Assembly (NCBI GenBank): GCA_951406725.2
Contig: OX597825.1
Span: 61,628,001-61,692,000, forward strand
Source: Octopus vulgaris
Lineage: Eukaryota
Direction: 5' to 3'
DNA length: 64,000 bases
Under the pieces are notes generated by a model that was given only the letters and a program-made list of their open reading frames with translations, made no database searches and had not been told where the DNA came from. A program made the translations under genes and the position numbers. Positions 25,650 to 38,914 of this stretch are shown piece after piece. Within the stretch, counting starts at the first letter, position 1. Every line of letters starts with the position of its first letter.

Positions 25650-26804
25650 CAATATAAATATAATAAATGTACGTATCTAAACTTATAAATTAACTAATAA
25701 ATATAGAAAAATACGTGTTTTAACAATAAAAAATAGAAAAAAATTTATAAGTATTACTTAAAATAAAACCATAATTTATTTTATCGAAGAAATTCTGTTA
25801 GCTAAAATTTTAAACGTAATATCTAGAACTTAGAGTTGATAAAAAATTTATCATTTATAAGAAATTTATCACGTGAAAACATGGTGTAAGTAAAAATTAT
25901 AGAATAAATAGATAGATAGAAATATGTTTTTAAGCTGTCAGAAAGACAAAATATATTTTTTAGCTGTGAGAATAAGAAAAAAACTAACAGTAATATACTA
26001 TTTACTGGAAAATTTTAAAGTCTAAATAATTTCAAAGTAAAATATGTAAAATACATAATATACATAAATTAAGCTAAATTTCGATAATTTAATCTACTTT
26101 CATTTATTTATTTATTTATATTATAAACATCTAAATTTAATCTTATTCTAATTATGTAATATACACTATATAATCTCTTGCTAATTCATACACATTATAC
26201 TACTACAAATTATAACTACAACAATTATTAACATAAAATAAGGTTTATATATATACACAAATTAGCTAAACACATAATATAGTGTATATTAGAACAGGTG
26301 TATTACATAATTAGAATACGATTAAACTTAGATGTTTATAAAATAAAAAAATTAATTAATTAATGTAAATAGATTAAATTATAGAAATTCAGGTTAATTT
26401 ATATATATTATATATTTTACGTATTTTACTTGGAAATTATATAGACTTTAAAATTTTCCAGTAAATAATATATTACAGTTAGTTTTTTTCTTATTCTCAC
26501 AGCTAAATAATATATTCTGTCTTTTTAACAGCTTAAATGCATATTTCTATCTATCTATTTATTCTATAATTTTTACTTACACCATGTTTTCACACGATAA
26601 ATTTCTTATAAACGCTAAGTTATATATATTACATTTAAAATTTTAGTAAACAGAATTTCTTCGATAAGATCTGTTTTTTTTTAAGTTATACTATTAAATT
26701 TTTTCTTTTATTTATTGTTAAAACCTGTATTTTTCTATATTTATTAGTTAATTTATAAGTTAAGATATGTACATTTATTATATTATACATATATTGTTTT
26801 TATT

Positions 26805-26835
<31 letters not shown>

Positions 26836-26856
26836 TTATTATTACTATTATTATTA

Positions 26857-26908
<52 letters not shown>

Positions 26909-26909
26909 C

Positions 26910-27649
26910 ATGTTTTTTCCTTCTTTCTTCAAATTTTCTTCCGTTTCTCGCCGAGTGTTTTCCATACACCTAGGGCAGAGAAGGGCATTGTATGCATTTC
27001 CAGATTACACGTGCAAATTCAAAGATGAAATATGTATTTAAAAATTAATAACTAAATAAATTCATGGATGGATGTTATTTTCACAGCCATAGTGCTCTTC
27101 TCAGTACATGAGCCGTTCCAGTTAATACGACTTTTTGCATTTCCTGTAGGGATGGTAAGCCTGGAATCATTTTCAAATAGGTTTCAGTACCTTTTTTTTA
27201 TCATTCTTAGAGATCCTACAATCACTGGTACTGTAGTCGCCTTGAGATGCCACATTTTTTCAGTTTCTATTAGCAGGTCTTTATATTTACTAATCTTGTC
27301 AAATTCTTTTGCTGCCATATTGTGATCACAGGGAATACTCATGTCAATTAATAAACACGTCCTTTTTGTCTGATCTTTTATAATAATATCCAGTTTATTA
27401 GCTTTAATAGTCCTGTCGGTCTGTATGGGGAAGTCCCATAGAATCGACACATTTTCTCTCTCAGTCACAGCTTCAGGATGATATTTATACCATTTGTCAG
27501 CAGTTTTGATTTTATAATGCCGACATATTGTCCAATGTAAATACTGGCTGAGTTTGTCATGTCTTGCTTTATATTCTGCAGGTGCTAAGACTCTACACCC
27601 TGAGATTAGGTGATCTATTGTTTCAACCTCATCGTTACAGAATCGGCAT
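26910..27649 (-). mobile_element. 5'-truncated R4/Dong-clade LINE (CCHC knuckle, restriction-like endonuclease, 3' UTR) inserted in (AAT)n
   Basis: CRFCNDEVETIDHLISGC...RHD...ILWDFPIQTDRTIKANKLDIIIKD...LLIDMSIP...KISKYKDL...PVIVGSL. Confidence 0.9.
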
Positions 27650-27671
27650 TATTATTATTATTATTATTGTT

Positions 27672-27945
27672 ATATACCTGATGAGTGACTATAATTTTAA
27701 ATAGAATTAATTTTAGACAGGAGTGTGATGAAAGAACTCGAAATAAGATTAAGATTAATGTAAAAAATAAATAACACTGAAGCAAAGTAACACCAAATAT
27801 ATAGTGCGTGTGTTTTTATTGGCTAAACTGGCAAAATGACCATTCCGAAATATAACAATAATTTTAGACTAATTTAGTTTTAATCAAATTGATTTTATTA
27901 TTATTATCTAATTGAAAATATAGCCATGAAAAGTGCATAGTCTAT
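27672..27945 (+). ncRNA. inverted paralog of the extended-stem-II hammerhead, with a 140-bp insertion in the loop
   Basis: AUAUAC-CUGAUGA-GUGACUAUAAUUUUAAAUAG...CUAAUUGAAAAUAUAGCCAU-GAAA-AGUGCA-UA-GUCUAU. Confidence 0.55.
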
Positions 27946-28075
27946 TTACTATTTATTGTTTATGTACTCTATTGATTTTTAGAATGATGATGATGATGAT
28001 GATGTATATTTAACTTTTTCTATATGGTATAAATAACGTCTTTCACTATTGAATTGTTTAATAGAGGTTTTCTCT

Positions 28076-28111
<36 letters not shown>

Positions 28112-28146
28112 AGAGTATTGTAGTTCGCTTGAAGCATTGTGTATTG

Positions 28147-28467
28147 TTTGTAAAGAATAAAAAGTTTTGAATGGAACAACAGTGCACTATAATACAGACA
28201 ATGGGCTATATACCTGTTGTAATTTAGTCATCCATAATCTGATATCATATTTCAGAATAAAATTCCCTCTTCAGATATTCTTAGATGGATTCACTCCTAT
28301 AATCGATTATAGCAGTGACTCCATCTAAGAATATCTGAAGAAGAAATTTTATTCTGAAATATCAAAAAAAATCAAACTCTGGATGACTAAATTACAACAA
28401 GTATATAATCCATTGTTTGTATTATAGTGCATTGTTGTACCATTCAAAACATTTTATTCTTTATAAA
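28147..28467. repeat. ~320-bp spacerless palindrome; each arm carries a CTGAAGA...GAAA HHR core
   Basis: Centre ctataatcgattatag; arms complementary out to tttgtaaagaataaaa / ttttattctttataaa. Confidence 0.88.
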
Positions 28468-28664
28468 TCAAACCTACCTGCAAAGTTCTACAGTAGAAGA
28501 TGCCTGCCCATAGGGCAATATAGTGCATTTGAACTTGAAACTACATGGTTAGGAAGCAACCTTCTTCACCACACAGCTATGGCTGCACCTCTTCTTTAAA
28601 TATTATTCAGCCCTTCAGTTTAACCTCATGTACATAATATATTTATTTTTTCTTTTATTTTCCT

Positions 28665-28930
28665 TTTAACTGTTTCAGTCATTAGACTGTGGCCATGCTG
28701 GGGCACCACTATGAAAAATTTTTAGTCGAATGAATCAACCCCAGTACTTATTGTTTTTGAAGCCCAGTGCTTATTCTACCGGTCTCTTGGCTGATCCTCT
28801 AAGGTACAGGAACATAAACACACCATCACCAATTGTCTAGTGGTGATGGGGTACAAACACAGATGCAGACACACACACACACACACACACACACACATCC
28901 CCATAATTATAACACATTTATATGCATATG

Positions 28931-28987
<57 letters not shown>

Positions 28988-29143
28988 ATATATACGATGG
29001 GGTTCTTTCAGTTTCCATCTTTCAACTCCACTAACAAGGCTTTGGTTGGAAAAAGGCACTTACCCAAGTGCCATGTAGGGTGACTTACCCTGAAACCATT
29101 TGGTTAGGAAGCAAGTTTTGTATTGCATAGCTACACCTATGCT

Positions 29144-29145
<2 letters not shown>
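28665..29145 (-). mobile_element. SINE family A
   Basis: reverse-complement family motifs with internal (CA)n/(TG)n. Confidence 0.78.
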
Positions 29146-29197
<52 letters not shown>

Positions 29198-29631
29198 CTG
29201 CTATAACACATGAAAGTATATTAGTCCCCTAATATTTTATATTCAACATTTCATCTATACAATAAGACAATCAATACTTCATTTCATTTTACTATATATA
29301 TATTATTTATACTATATATTCTATATTCTATATTAATATTATAAAGAATATAAATAAAACATAAAAAACAGAGTTGGAATTTCTTTGAATAATAGATATC
29401 CCTCTATACACAATCATACAAACCCTTTTTAGTCATATATATATATATATATATATACATATATACATATATTAATATTGATGGTAAGACAACAAAAGAA
29501 TGAGACCTCGATATTATGTAAATAAAGGAATTTATCTATAATATAATATGTCACAATTATTTGGTTGCCAAGTCTGATTATGGCAACCAAATAATTGTCA
29601 CATAATATTATATTACATATATATATATGTA

Positions 29632-29910
29632 TGGCACATGAAAAATCATTCAAGCAAGATCGTTGCCAGTGCCGCTGGACTAGCTCCTGTGCAGGTGGCA
29701 TGTAACAACACCATTTGAGTGTGGCCATTGCCAGTACCACCTCACTGGCCCTTGTGCCGGTGGCACGTAAAAGCACCCACTGCATTCTTGGAGTATTTGG
29801 TGTTAGGATGGGCATCCAGCCACATGTGTATATACATTAAAGACAAAAGGAAAGGTCTATAGGAATTGTGTGAGAGTTGCAATGCTGTATGGGAGTGAGA
29901 CATGGTGTTT
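29632..29910 (+). mobile_element. family B fragment followed by an RTE LINE fragment
   Basis: family B sub-repeats; KTKGKVYRNCVRVAMLYGSETW. Confidence 0.65.
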
Positions 29911-30353
29911 GAGAGAGAGAGAGAGAGAGAGAATGAGAGAAAGAGAGAGAGAGAGAGTGAGTGAGAGAGAGAGAGAGAGAAGGCAAACATTTTTTTTTCC
30001 TGAATTATTTTTCTTGCAAATTATTTGCTCTGTATTGAAATTATTTTCATACCGGTGGCTGCTATGATTTTGGTGTAAACGAATCAGTTGTAGTGCAGAC
30101 TTCAGCATGTCAGGTTGGGGGTCTCTATCATGGTAACACGTGCTGAAGAAGCTGAAGCTGTTTGCCAGTGTAGAAACCAGTCCATGTGAGCCCAAATACT
30201 TGAATGTATGCTGGGAGATTGTCTTAGCACATTTGCCTTAGGACTGTTGATTTCTGTAGTTATTATCAGTGTATTTTGGCGACTTAAATAAAAGTTTTGA
30301 CTGTTACTTCTAGCAAGTAGACATATTTAGCATGTCCTTTGATTAATTTTTAT

Positions 30354-30394
<41 letters not shown>

Positions 30395-30775
30395 CTTTTA
30401 TTCTTTTACTTGTCTCAGTCATTTGACTGCAGCTATGCTGGAGTACCAACTTCAGTTGAACAAATCATACCAAGGACTTGTTCTTTGTAAGCACAGTACT
30501 TATTCTATCAGTCTACTTTCCTGAACCGCCAAGTTACAGGGATGTAAACACACCAAAATCATTTGTCAAGCAATAGTGGGGGGAACAAACACAAACACAC
30601 ACACATATACAATGGGAGTATTTCAGTTTCCGTCTACCATATCCACTCACAAGGCTTTGGCTGGCCCAAGACTATAGTAGAAGATAGTGGCCCAAAGTGC
30701 CGTGCAGTGGGACTGAACCTGGAACCATGTGGCTGGTAAGCAAGCTTCTTAACACACAGCCCCTCTTATGTCTAT
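30395..30775 (-). mobile_element. SINE family A
   Basis: family motifs. Confidence 0.8.
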
Positions 30776-30816
30776 GCAGGCACATACACACATACACACA
30801 TACATATATATATATC

Positions 30817-30848
<32 letters not shown>

Positions 30849-31569
30849 CATATATATTATATATATATATATACACGCACATATATATACATATATATAC
30901 ATATATATGTACATATACATATGTATAAATGAATATATGTATATATCTATAGCTATCTAACTACCTATCTCTCTCTCTCTATCTATTCCTCTATCTATCT
31001 ATATGTATATATACATGTGTGTGTGTATATGTATATATATTTTTTTTCAGACACATCACATATAACTTGACTTTAATTGGGCATTAGAACATTTTCAGTT
31101 CTACTGGCATTAGATAATGTTTCAAATAATATATCTTCTTATTTTAATACCACATGAAAACGTCAGATCTTTTCTTTCTTTTAGATTTAAGTGGTAGCAG
31201 AGCTGGTGGTGGTGGCGATGGGGTTCTACTACAGTAATTAGATATATCATGCCATAAAATACATAAGTCTTCCAGTTTTAATGGAACTTTTCCCTTAAGG
31301 TCATTTTACAAGGCAAGCAGTTCTTCCTTAATTATTTGAAGTACAATTGTAAATAAATGTCTTTGAATTAAAGAAACATTCTGTCAGATATCTTGGAATT
31401 TATCCATGGCAAAAGAAAGAAAAAAAGTCTTATACTGTATTTTGAAGATTAATTGTCAGTTTGCATCAGCTGAGAGAATTTTCAACATTAATGTTTGATA
31501 ATAAGAAATAATTATGTTGCAAATCAGAAATAGTGTAGAGTTATGCAAGTGTATTTTTTCACATCTCTA

Positions 31570-31630
31570 TGTGTATGGATATATGTACATAGAAATCCAC
31601 ACACACACACACATATGTATATATGTATAA

Positions 31631-31676
<46 letters not shown>

Positions 31677-31739
31677 ATATATATATGTGTATATATGTAT
31701 ATGTATATATATGTATATATATGTACATATATATATATA

Positions 31740-31784
<45 letters not shown>

Positions 31785-31800
31785 AGAGAGAGAGAGAAAG
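31570..31800. repeat. (TA)n-rich microsatellite
   Basis: direct reading. Confidence 0.95.
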
Positions 31801-32599
31801 GAAGAGAGAGATACAAAACCATACATAAATATATATATGTGTGTATGTGTTGGTGTATAGTTTTGTCTTGACATCACGTGGCGGTTGTAAATGAGTTTTA
31901 TTGTCATACATGTGATGTTAGTTTTTTGAATCTTCCTTTTAAAATGCGTTAGGCCACAGGGTAATATATTCTTGCTTGGAAATAGGTGAGGATTGTTTGA
32001 TAGGAATGGCATTTGATTATAAAATATCTAACAAATTCTATATAATACTTGCAAGCACAGACAAATTTACATAATATGAATGAAGTATATAATTGTCAAA
32101 AATTACTACTATTCCGAACAAAAGCATTGTTAGCTTTTGAAAGTTGTTAGAAGGTTAAAAAAGGAGTTGTTTGACCTTACTCACTTCCTGATAAGTGTTA
32201 ATGAAGCTCAAAACGGTAAAATATATATATTATATGCTGTAATGACATACAGCACAGTAATACCATTGTTCAAAGCTTAAAATATCCAAAGAATATTTTA
32301 TAGAAAATAAAAAAATAAAAACAGAAATGTTAGAGGGATTTTTAAACTATTTTCACTTAACTGTTTGTACTTTTGTGACAACATATAAACAAAATGGATA
32401 AGTAAAGGTCTTGAAATAGGTTACTGTTGCAGAATACTGTTTACATTTCCAAAATTATTGGTAAAAGGATTTATCTAATGTATAAAACTAGTATTGTTTA
32501 TTGACATATCTTGTTTAAAATAATACAAGATATAGAAAAATTATATGCATGTATAATTATTAAAACGTTTAGGCATAACAAATGTATGAATGTAGATGA

Positions 32600-33620
32600 A
32601 TAGCTGTTGCATGTCAAGAGTTAATCAACTTCAAAATAGCTAAATATAAACAAGATGTAATGGTGTTTACATGGAATCTCAGACTTCAAAATCAAAGAAA
32701 TATCAGGGCCATTAGACAGGGTGTTCAGGCTACATTTGAAAGTGTGCATAAAAGGAAAAGAATGCACAATATCCCATCCAAATATATAATTACTTTTTAA
32801 AAATCAAAAGCATATCTATTAGATTATGACTGGAAGATAACTGTTTTACTCAAAGTAGCAGCCCTCAACTTCCACCATGCTTCAAGACAAATCCAGGGCT
32901 GGTGAAGTCAAAAGATGCTATGTTAACCATCATCTGTCTTCTTTCTGACACGTGGACAAAAGTAAAGTATGTTCGCTAGCAACATATGGGAGTTGAAAAC
33001 CAATTCCGTGCTGCATGCAATCAAGTGGAGAATTGTGGAGAAATCTATGCTATATGTAAATGGATCCAAGAAATGCAACTTATGCATAGAAGAAATATTG
33101 CACATTCTTTTTGGATCCAGAAATTCCATGACACTACTTAATTCCAGATCAGAGATTTTCAACATATGCAACCACACAGAGAAATTTATTTTGGTGAACT
33201 GGAGGACACCATCCTCTTCAGATTGAGCAGCTGTCTTACGGACTTTTGAATTATTCTCCAACAACTACTTTAATTATGGCTTCTAAGTCCAAAGAAGACA
33301 TAACCCTAATTTTCTTTCTTTCTTTCCTACAACCTTTATCTTCTAAATCCACTTTCTGCATCAACCTTTTACTCTTTTTTTCCCTCATGGTTTCTTATGT
33401 AGCAGCATCCCTATTTTAAAATAGAAAACAAAACTCTTGTTCTTAGAGCCTGGAGATTGCTTGGGGACATAAAGCATGTCATAAAAATCTGCCTAACCGT
33501 GAGTCTTGATAGCAAAAAACTATTAGTTGCTTTCTTTTTTAATGTAGTGTACATTAAATGATGTGTATCACTCACTGGATGGAGTACTGCTTTTTGCTAT
33601 CTTCCTTAAAAAACAGAACA
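32600..33620 (+). mobile_element. Penelope-like element 3' fragment (C-terminus of the GIY-YIG region plus decayed HHR in the terminal repeat)
   Basis: NIWELK...IKWRIVEKS..Y.NGSKKCNLCIEE...LLNSRSEIFNICNHTEKFIL; CTGGAGA-T-TGCTT...AAGCA-T remnant at 33450-33481. Confidence 0.8.
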
Positions 33621-35079
33621 GTAAACTCCCTCTATATATATATTGGTATATATACATTTATACTAATATGTCATGTTAATAAGTATTAACATACCATACC
33701 GGTTTCAACAATATTTTAGTGGGTGTGTTTTAATGGTAAATAAAAAGTAAGGTAAAAATTTAAAAAAAAGATAGTGTACAACAGAAAATTTGCTAAAACA
33801 TTGTCAAAAAATCAAATCTCCATCCAAATTCAAAGCTTTGAAAAACTTCAAAGTAATAGAAAATAATAATAAAATTTCAAATGTTTCATACATTTCAGAA
33901 CAATAATACATGATTGAGAGTTCAGTAGGTTTCAAAGCAATAAGATATATTAACAATTTGATGTGAAAAATTTTATTTAAAATATAGCAATAAAAGCTTT
34001 TTCACAAGTTCTCTCACTGTTTATGAAGAATTGTTGATCATTCGTTTTACTGGTGTGAAGTTGAACTGCGTAAACCCAATGCTGCTTTGTGTATATAGAT
34101 TTTAAGATAGACGTTCAAGCTCTGATTGCTTATTAACTTAGTGAATTCACTTGTTTTTGCCCTCCTGTGGCTGTGGCCTAGCATTTTTGTTTGGCCAAGT
34201 ACCTAAGTATGTCATTTGTTTGATAAATTGCATATATTTTGGTTTGGTAGTAGTTCTGTATTCTGGTTGGTTGACTGCCAGTTGACGTCATTAGTTTATT
34301 AACTATTTCTGAATACTTTGTTTCTCTCCAGTTCTCTGGCTGGTTAATTTTCTGCATACATCATTTGTTTTACAAATGTCTTGGTTACTTGATTTTGTCT
34401 GACAGTCATCCTGTGTTCCATTTGACTGATTCCCTTAAATTGTCACTTGTTTTTCTGATATCATATTTTGGCTAAATGTTTACCAGCACCATTTGTTTAT
34501 TATTTTTATCCTGATGTAAAGGTGGTCCCCCATGACAAAAAGAACTAGAAAACCTCTACTGGAATTGGCGCATTACTGCAATTCGATCATCCAATTCACC
34601 CACCAACCTCCATTCACTCGTGAATACAACTTCAAGATATGTAAGCTTCACACACATACACACACACACACAAAATAACAAACAAGCATATTTATATACA
34701 CTCAGTCTGAAAAGGCTACAATGAAGTGACATCAACTATCGAGACTTGTTTTGGTAACATAATTGTTGCTCTGATATAATTCCTTGGTTTTTCTTTGGTG
34801 TTGTTATTTAATTCTATTACAGCTGTGTAACCAGCCTGGTACAGCGCTTGCCTTCAAATGATGATGATGTGACTACTATTTTAATATGAATGGCTGCAAC
34901 TGTGTTGAACTGTCTGGACACCCTTTTATGACCAAAGTGTCATATCTGACATTTAAACATTCTTACTAACAATCAATAGAAACACTTTTATGTGCTTAAT
35001 GGTTTGGGAAGAAAGAAAATCTTAACCATCAGCACTTAGAGACATTCATAGTTCAATACACACATATGCACACATATTC

Positions 35080-35086
35080 CTACTCA

Positions 35087-35126
<40 letters not shown>

Positions 35127-35180
35127 CACACACACATGTACACAGTTATCTGAATGGAAAGCTTTATATCTTATTCATGA

Positions 35181-35225
<45 letters not shown>

Positions 35226-35263
35226 ATATATATATATATGTGTATATATATATATATATTATA

Positions 35264-35340
<77 letters not shown>

Positions 35341-35420
35341 ATATATATTTTATATATATACATATATATATATATATGTATATAAGTTACATTTATACAT
35401 CTAATATATATTTATATATA
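35080..35420. repeat. (CA)n and long (TA)n microsatellite
   Basis: direct reading. Confidence 0.95.
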
Positions 35421-35648
35421 GTATAATTACATGTGTATGTCGTTATGTTTGTGTGCTATATCATCATATGAATATCTATCTCTATACATCTATGTATGTT
35501 ATATCAACTAGAGGTTTCAGGTTCAGTCTCACCAAACAGTAGCTTGAGCAAGATTTTTGTATCCTATAAACCTTGGCTAAACTAATTACACTGTAAATGG
35601 AACTTAATGGATGGAAACTGGGTAAAAGCCTGTTTATGTACGTATGTA

Positions 35649-36030
35649 CGAGGGTGAGTCAGAAAGTAATGCCATTTTGCTTAGGAAAGGTATAATTACC
35701 AACACAGGAACATGTATCATACATCGAAATGAAGCTGGTCCTCTGTGGATCACATCCCTACTTCTCAACATTGTCCCTGTTTCTCTCAATAGCAATGACC
35801 CACCTTCAAATGAGAGCATGTATCCCTGCCCCATCAAATTCTGTTGACTGTTCTTTGAGCCAGTTCTTCACTACAGTTTTCACTTCCACATCACTGGACT
35901 ATCATTTCTTCAGCTCCATGAAAGAGGGTTTGAGAGGCAAACATTAATCCAGTGACAAGGAAGTGAAATAGTAGTGAAGAAGTGGCTCAAAGTACAGTCA
36001 ACAGAATTTTACGGGGCAAGGATACATTCT
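35649..36030 (+). mobile_element. internally deleted mariner fragment
   Basis: ta|cgagggtgagtcagaaagtaatg terminus; DYHFFSSMKEGLRGKH...KKWLK. Confidence 0.75.
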
Positions 36031-36031
36031 G

Positions 36032-36099
<68 letters not shown>

Positions 36100-36868
36100 T
36101 GTATGTATGTGTATATACATATTTCTTGGCATTCTCTTTCTTTAACCCCTCCTTTTCCTCTTATCTCCCTTGTACCTTTCCCTCTGTCCCTCACTTTTTT
36201 CTCTCTCTCTCACTCTCTAGTTCTTTCCCTAATTCTTCATTCTCTTTGCTCCCTACCCCTCTCTCCTTCTTCCACATGACTGGTGTCCGGCCAGCCATGT
36301 TCTTTCTTTCTTGGCCTGACTGCCGACCACCAATACCTCTTATGTCCATCTTGTATGTTCCTGCATTTAGGCTTTCACTTTATACATGCCAGCTGAATTT
36401 GATTCATCCTCAGTCAAAAGACACCTGTTGTTATATTCTTGTTGTTTGTATTTGTAATTATGTACCATGTTCTCCATTTTTTGTCTTTGTTGCCATACAC
36501 ATTCGCTAGCTTTCTTGCAAAAAAGTCCTATGCTCTTAGATTAGACTTTTTGGGGGCAACCAGATCGAACTGTCTCAAGTGTAACTGCCCGAAACAGTAA
36601 GGACTTCTAGTATATTTGACTGAGGAAAGAAGGCCATGAACGACCTGTTTTTTTTTTTTTGCCTATCTTTCTGTCCCCTTTTGTATCGTCTATCTGTCGG
36701 AATGTTTTATTGCTCTCTATTGTGTTTTTGTTCCATTATATATATACATATATATATACATAACTTAGAATAACTTAGAAAGGTTTTTGGCCAGTATTGG
36801 CCCAGGCTCTGTCTAACTTAATAGCACCACCTGGCGAAGTCTTTCAGTTCAGGATTTGGGCACCAAGG

Positions 36869-37210
<342 letters not shown>

Positions 37211-37671
37211 TATGTTATATCTGAATCTCTATTCATAATATATTCATACATGTTATATCTATACATATTGCTTTGTCATTCAATGTCTCATTTCCATGTC
37301 ATGCAAGCATGGATTTTTAATGGGATTTTATTTCAATAAGGATTTTATAGTAATATTTTATTCCTGTCCCTACCTCTTATCTGTTTTCAAGTAAGGGAGT
37401 ATTGTTTTATTCTACTGGTCTTTGAATATGCAGAGTGAATACTTAAAATGCTATCAAGTAATGTTAACACCACCATCACCTCTCTTAAATGGTGACAAGT
37501 GTAAAATATCGCCATTCATTTGAAATATTCATCTACTAAATTTGTTCACAAGGCATTAGTTGGCTTAGGTATATAGTAGAAGACACTTACCCAAGGTGCC
37601 ATGCAATGGGGTCACAAGCTCAAAACCACATGGTTAACTATGCAGCTATCTCTGCAATTTTGTATATTATA

Positions 37672-38914
37672 CTGAATTGTTCAAAAGTTCATTTGGTTTT
37701 TGTCAATACTAAACATGAAGTGCTTTATGAAGTAGCTAACTTCAGTTTGTCCCTTGAACATGTGCACTCATGAGATATATGATATTTCAATGAAGTTTGG
37801 TATGAACTTCTGACAGGACATGCAATTTGTGTGCTTGGAAATGAAGAACCAAAATGAACACTATTGAAACTGCATGCTTTTTCATTTTAAAACTGGTGAG
37901 AAAGCAGTGGAAACTTATAGGAAAATAAGTGCTGTGTATGAACAAGATTCTGTTCTGGAATGTGTACCTGGAGTGGTTTTGAAGCTTTCAGTCAGGAAAT
38001 TTTGGGGTCCTCATTCTGGTCAACCAACTGAGATTAACAGCAACAAAATAAAGAAGTTAATCAACATCAACCCCATTTTTCTTATCAGGTTGGTGTTAGA
38101 TGTTCTTCCATATATCCAAATTGAGCAATGTGAGTCATCTGCCTCATCTTGGTTTTGTCAGCAAGATTGATGTTTAGATCCAATATCAATTGAATGAAGT
38201 TAACCTCATCCAGCAGTCATCCATATGAAAAAGACAATACTTCTTTTTAAAGAAAATGGTGATAGGGGAAGGTAAATGAACTGTTTGTAACAATGTGACG
38301 GGCAAACAATCACGAAAGAAGTGCAGTGAACCATTACAAACAACCTCCAAAGCAGGACTTCACCTTAAGAAATGTTTGGTTTCTATTTGGTGGGATTGTT
38401 AGGAAATTGTATTTTATGGGCTGCTTTCCACAGATAGGACCATCAGTTTGACTGTGTACTGTGACCAGCAAGACAAATTAAATGCAGTGATCCCTCAGAA
38501 GCACCAAGTAGTTGCTAATCGTATGATCATTGGCTTTCATCACGACAATGCCAGGCCACATCCTTCTTTGCAGATGCAGAAGTTTCTGGGGCTTGACCAG
38601 AGAGTTTTGCTGCACCATACCCTATATTCACCCTTCCTAGAACCTTCAGATTTCTTCCTGTTTCAGCCTCTTCAAAATTCATTAAATGGACAGACCTTCA
38701 ACTCAGAAAAGGATGTAAAAATTCACCTGGAAGAGTTTTTTTCACCTGTAGAAACATAAATTCTTCGAGCAAGGCAGAATAGATCTACTCACAAGATGGT
38801 TGAAGATAGTGAAACTAAATGGGAATTATATCATTGATTGAATAAATCACTTTGTGTTTAAAATTTGTCTTTTATTTTTGTTTGTAAATGAAATGGACTT
38901 TTTGGCAAAACTAA
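37672..38914 (+). mobile_element. decayed mariner DNA transposon
   Basis: MLFHFKTGEKAVETYRKISAVY, FHHDNARPH, YSPFLEPSDFFLF; degenerate TIRs with flanking TA. Confidence 0.88.

Larger units (their letters stand above)
25252..28080. repeat. nested ~2.9-kb foldback (outer arms 25252-25500 / 27670-28080; inner arms ~25646-26170 / 26278-26800)
   Basis: e.g. aaatttagagaaaaacctctattaaataattcaatagtgaaagacg vs cgtctttcactattgaattgtttaatagaggttttctctaaatt; gtgaaaacatggtgtaagtaaaaattatag vs ctataatttttacttacaccatgttttcac. Confidence 0.9.

Noticed and set aside
34000-34500. Coding-like composition suggesting a retroelement fragment
   Set aside because: No diagnostic motif could be read
36540-36625. Hammerhead at gggca...tgccc-GAAA-cagta
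   Set aside because: No CUGANGA-like box before stem II; at most a remnant
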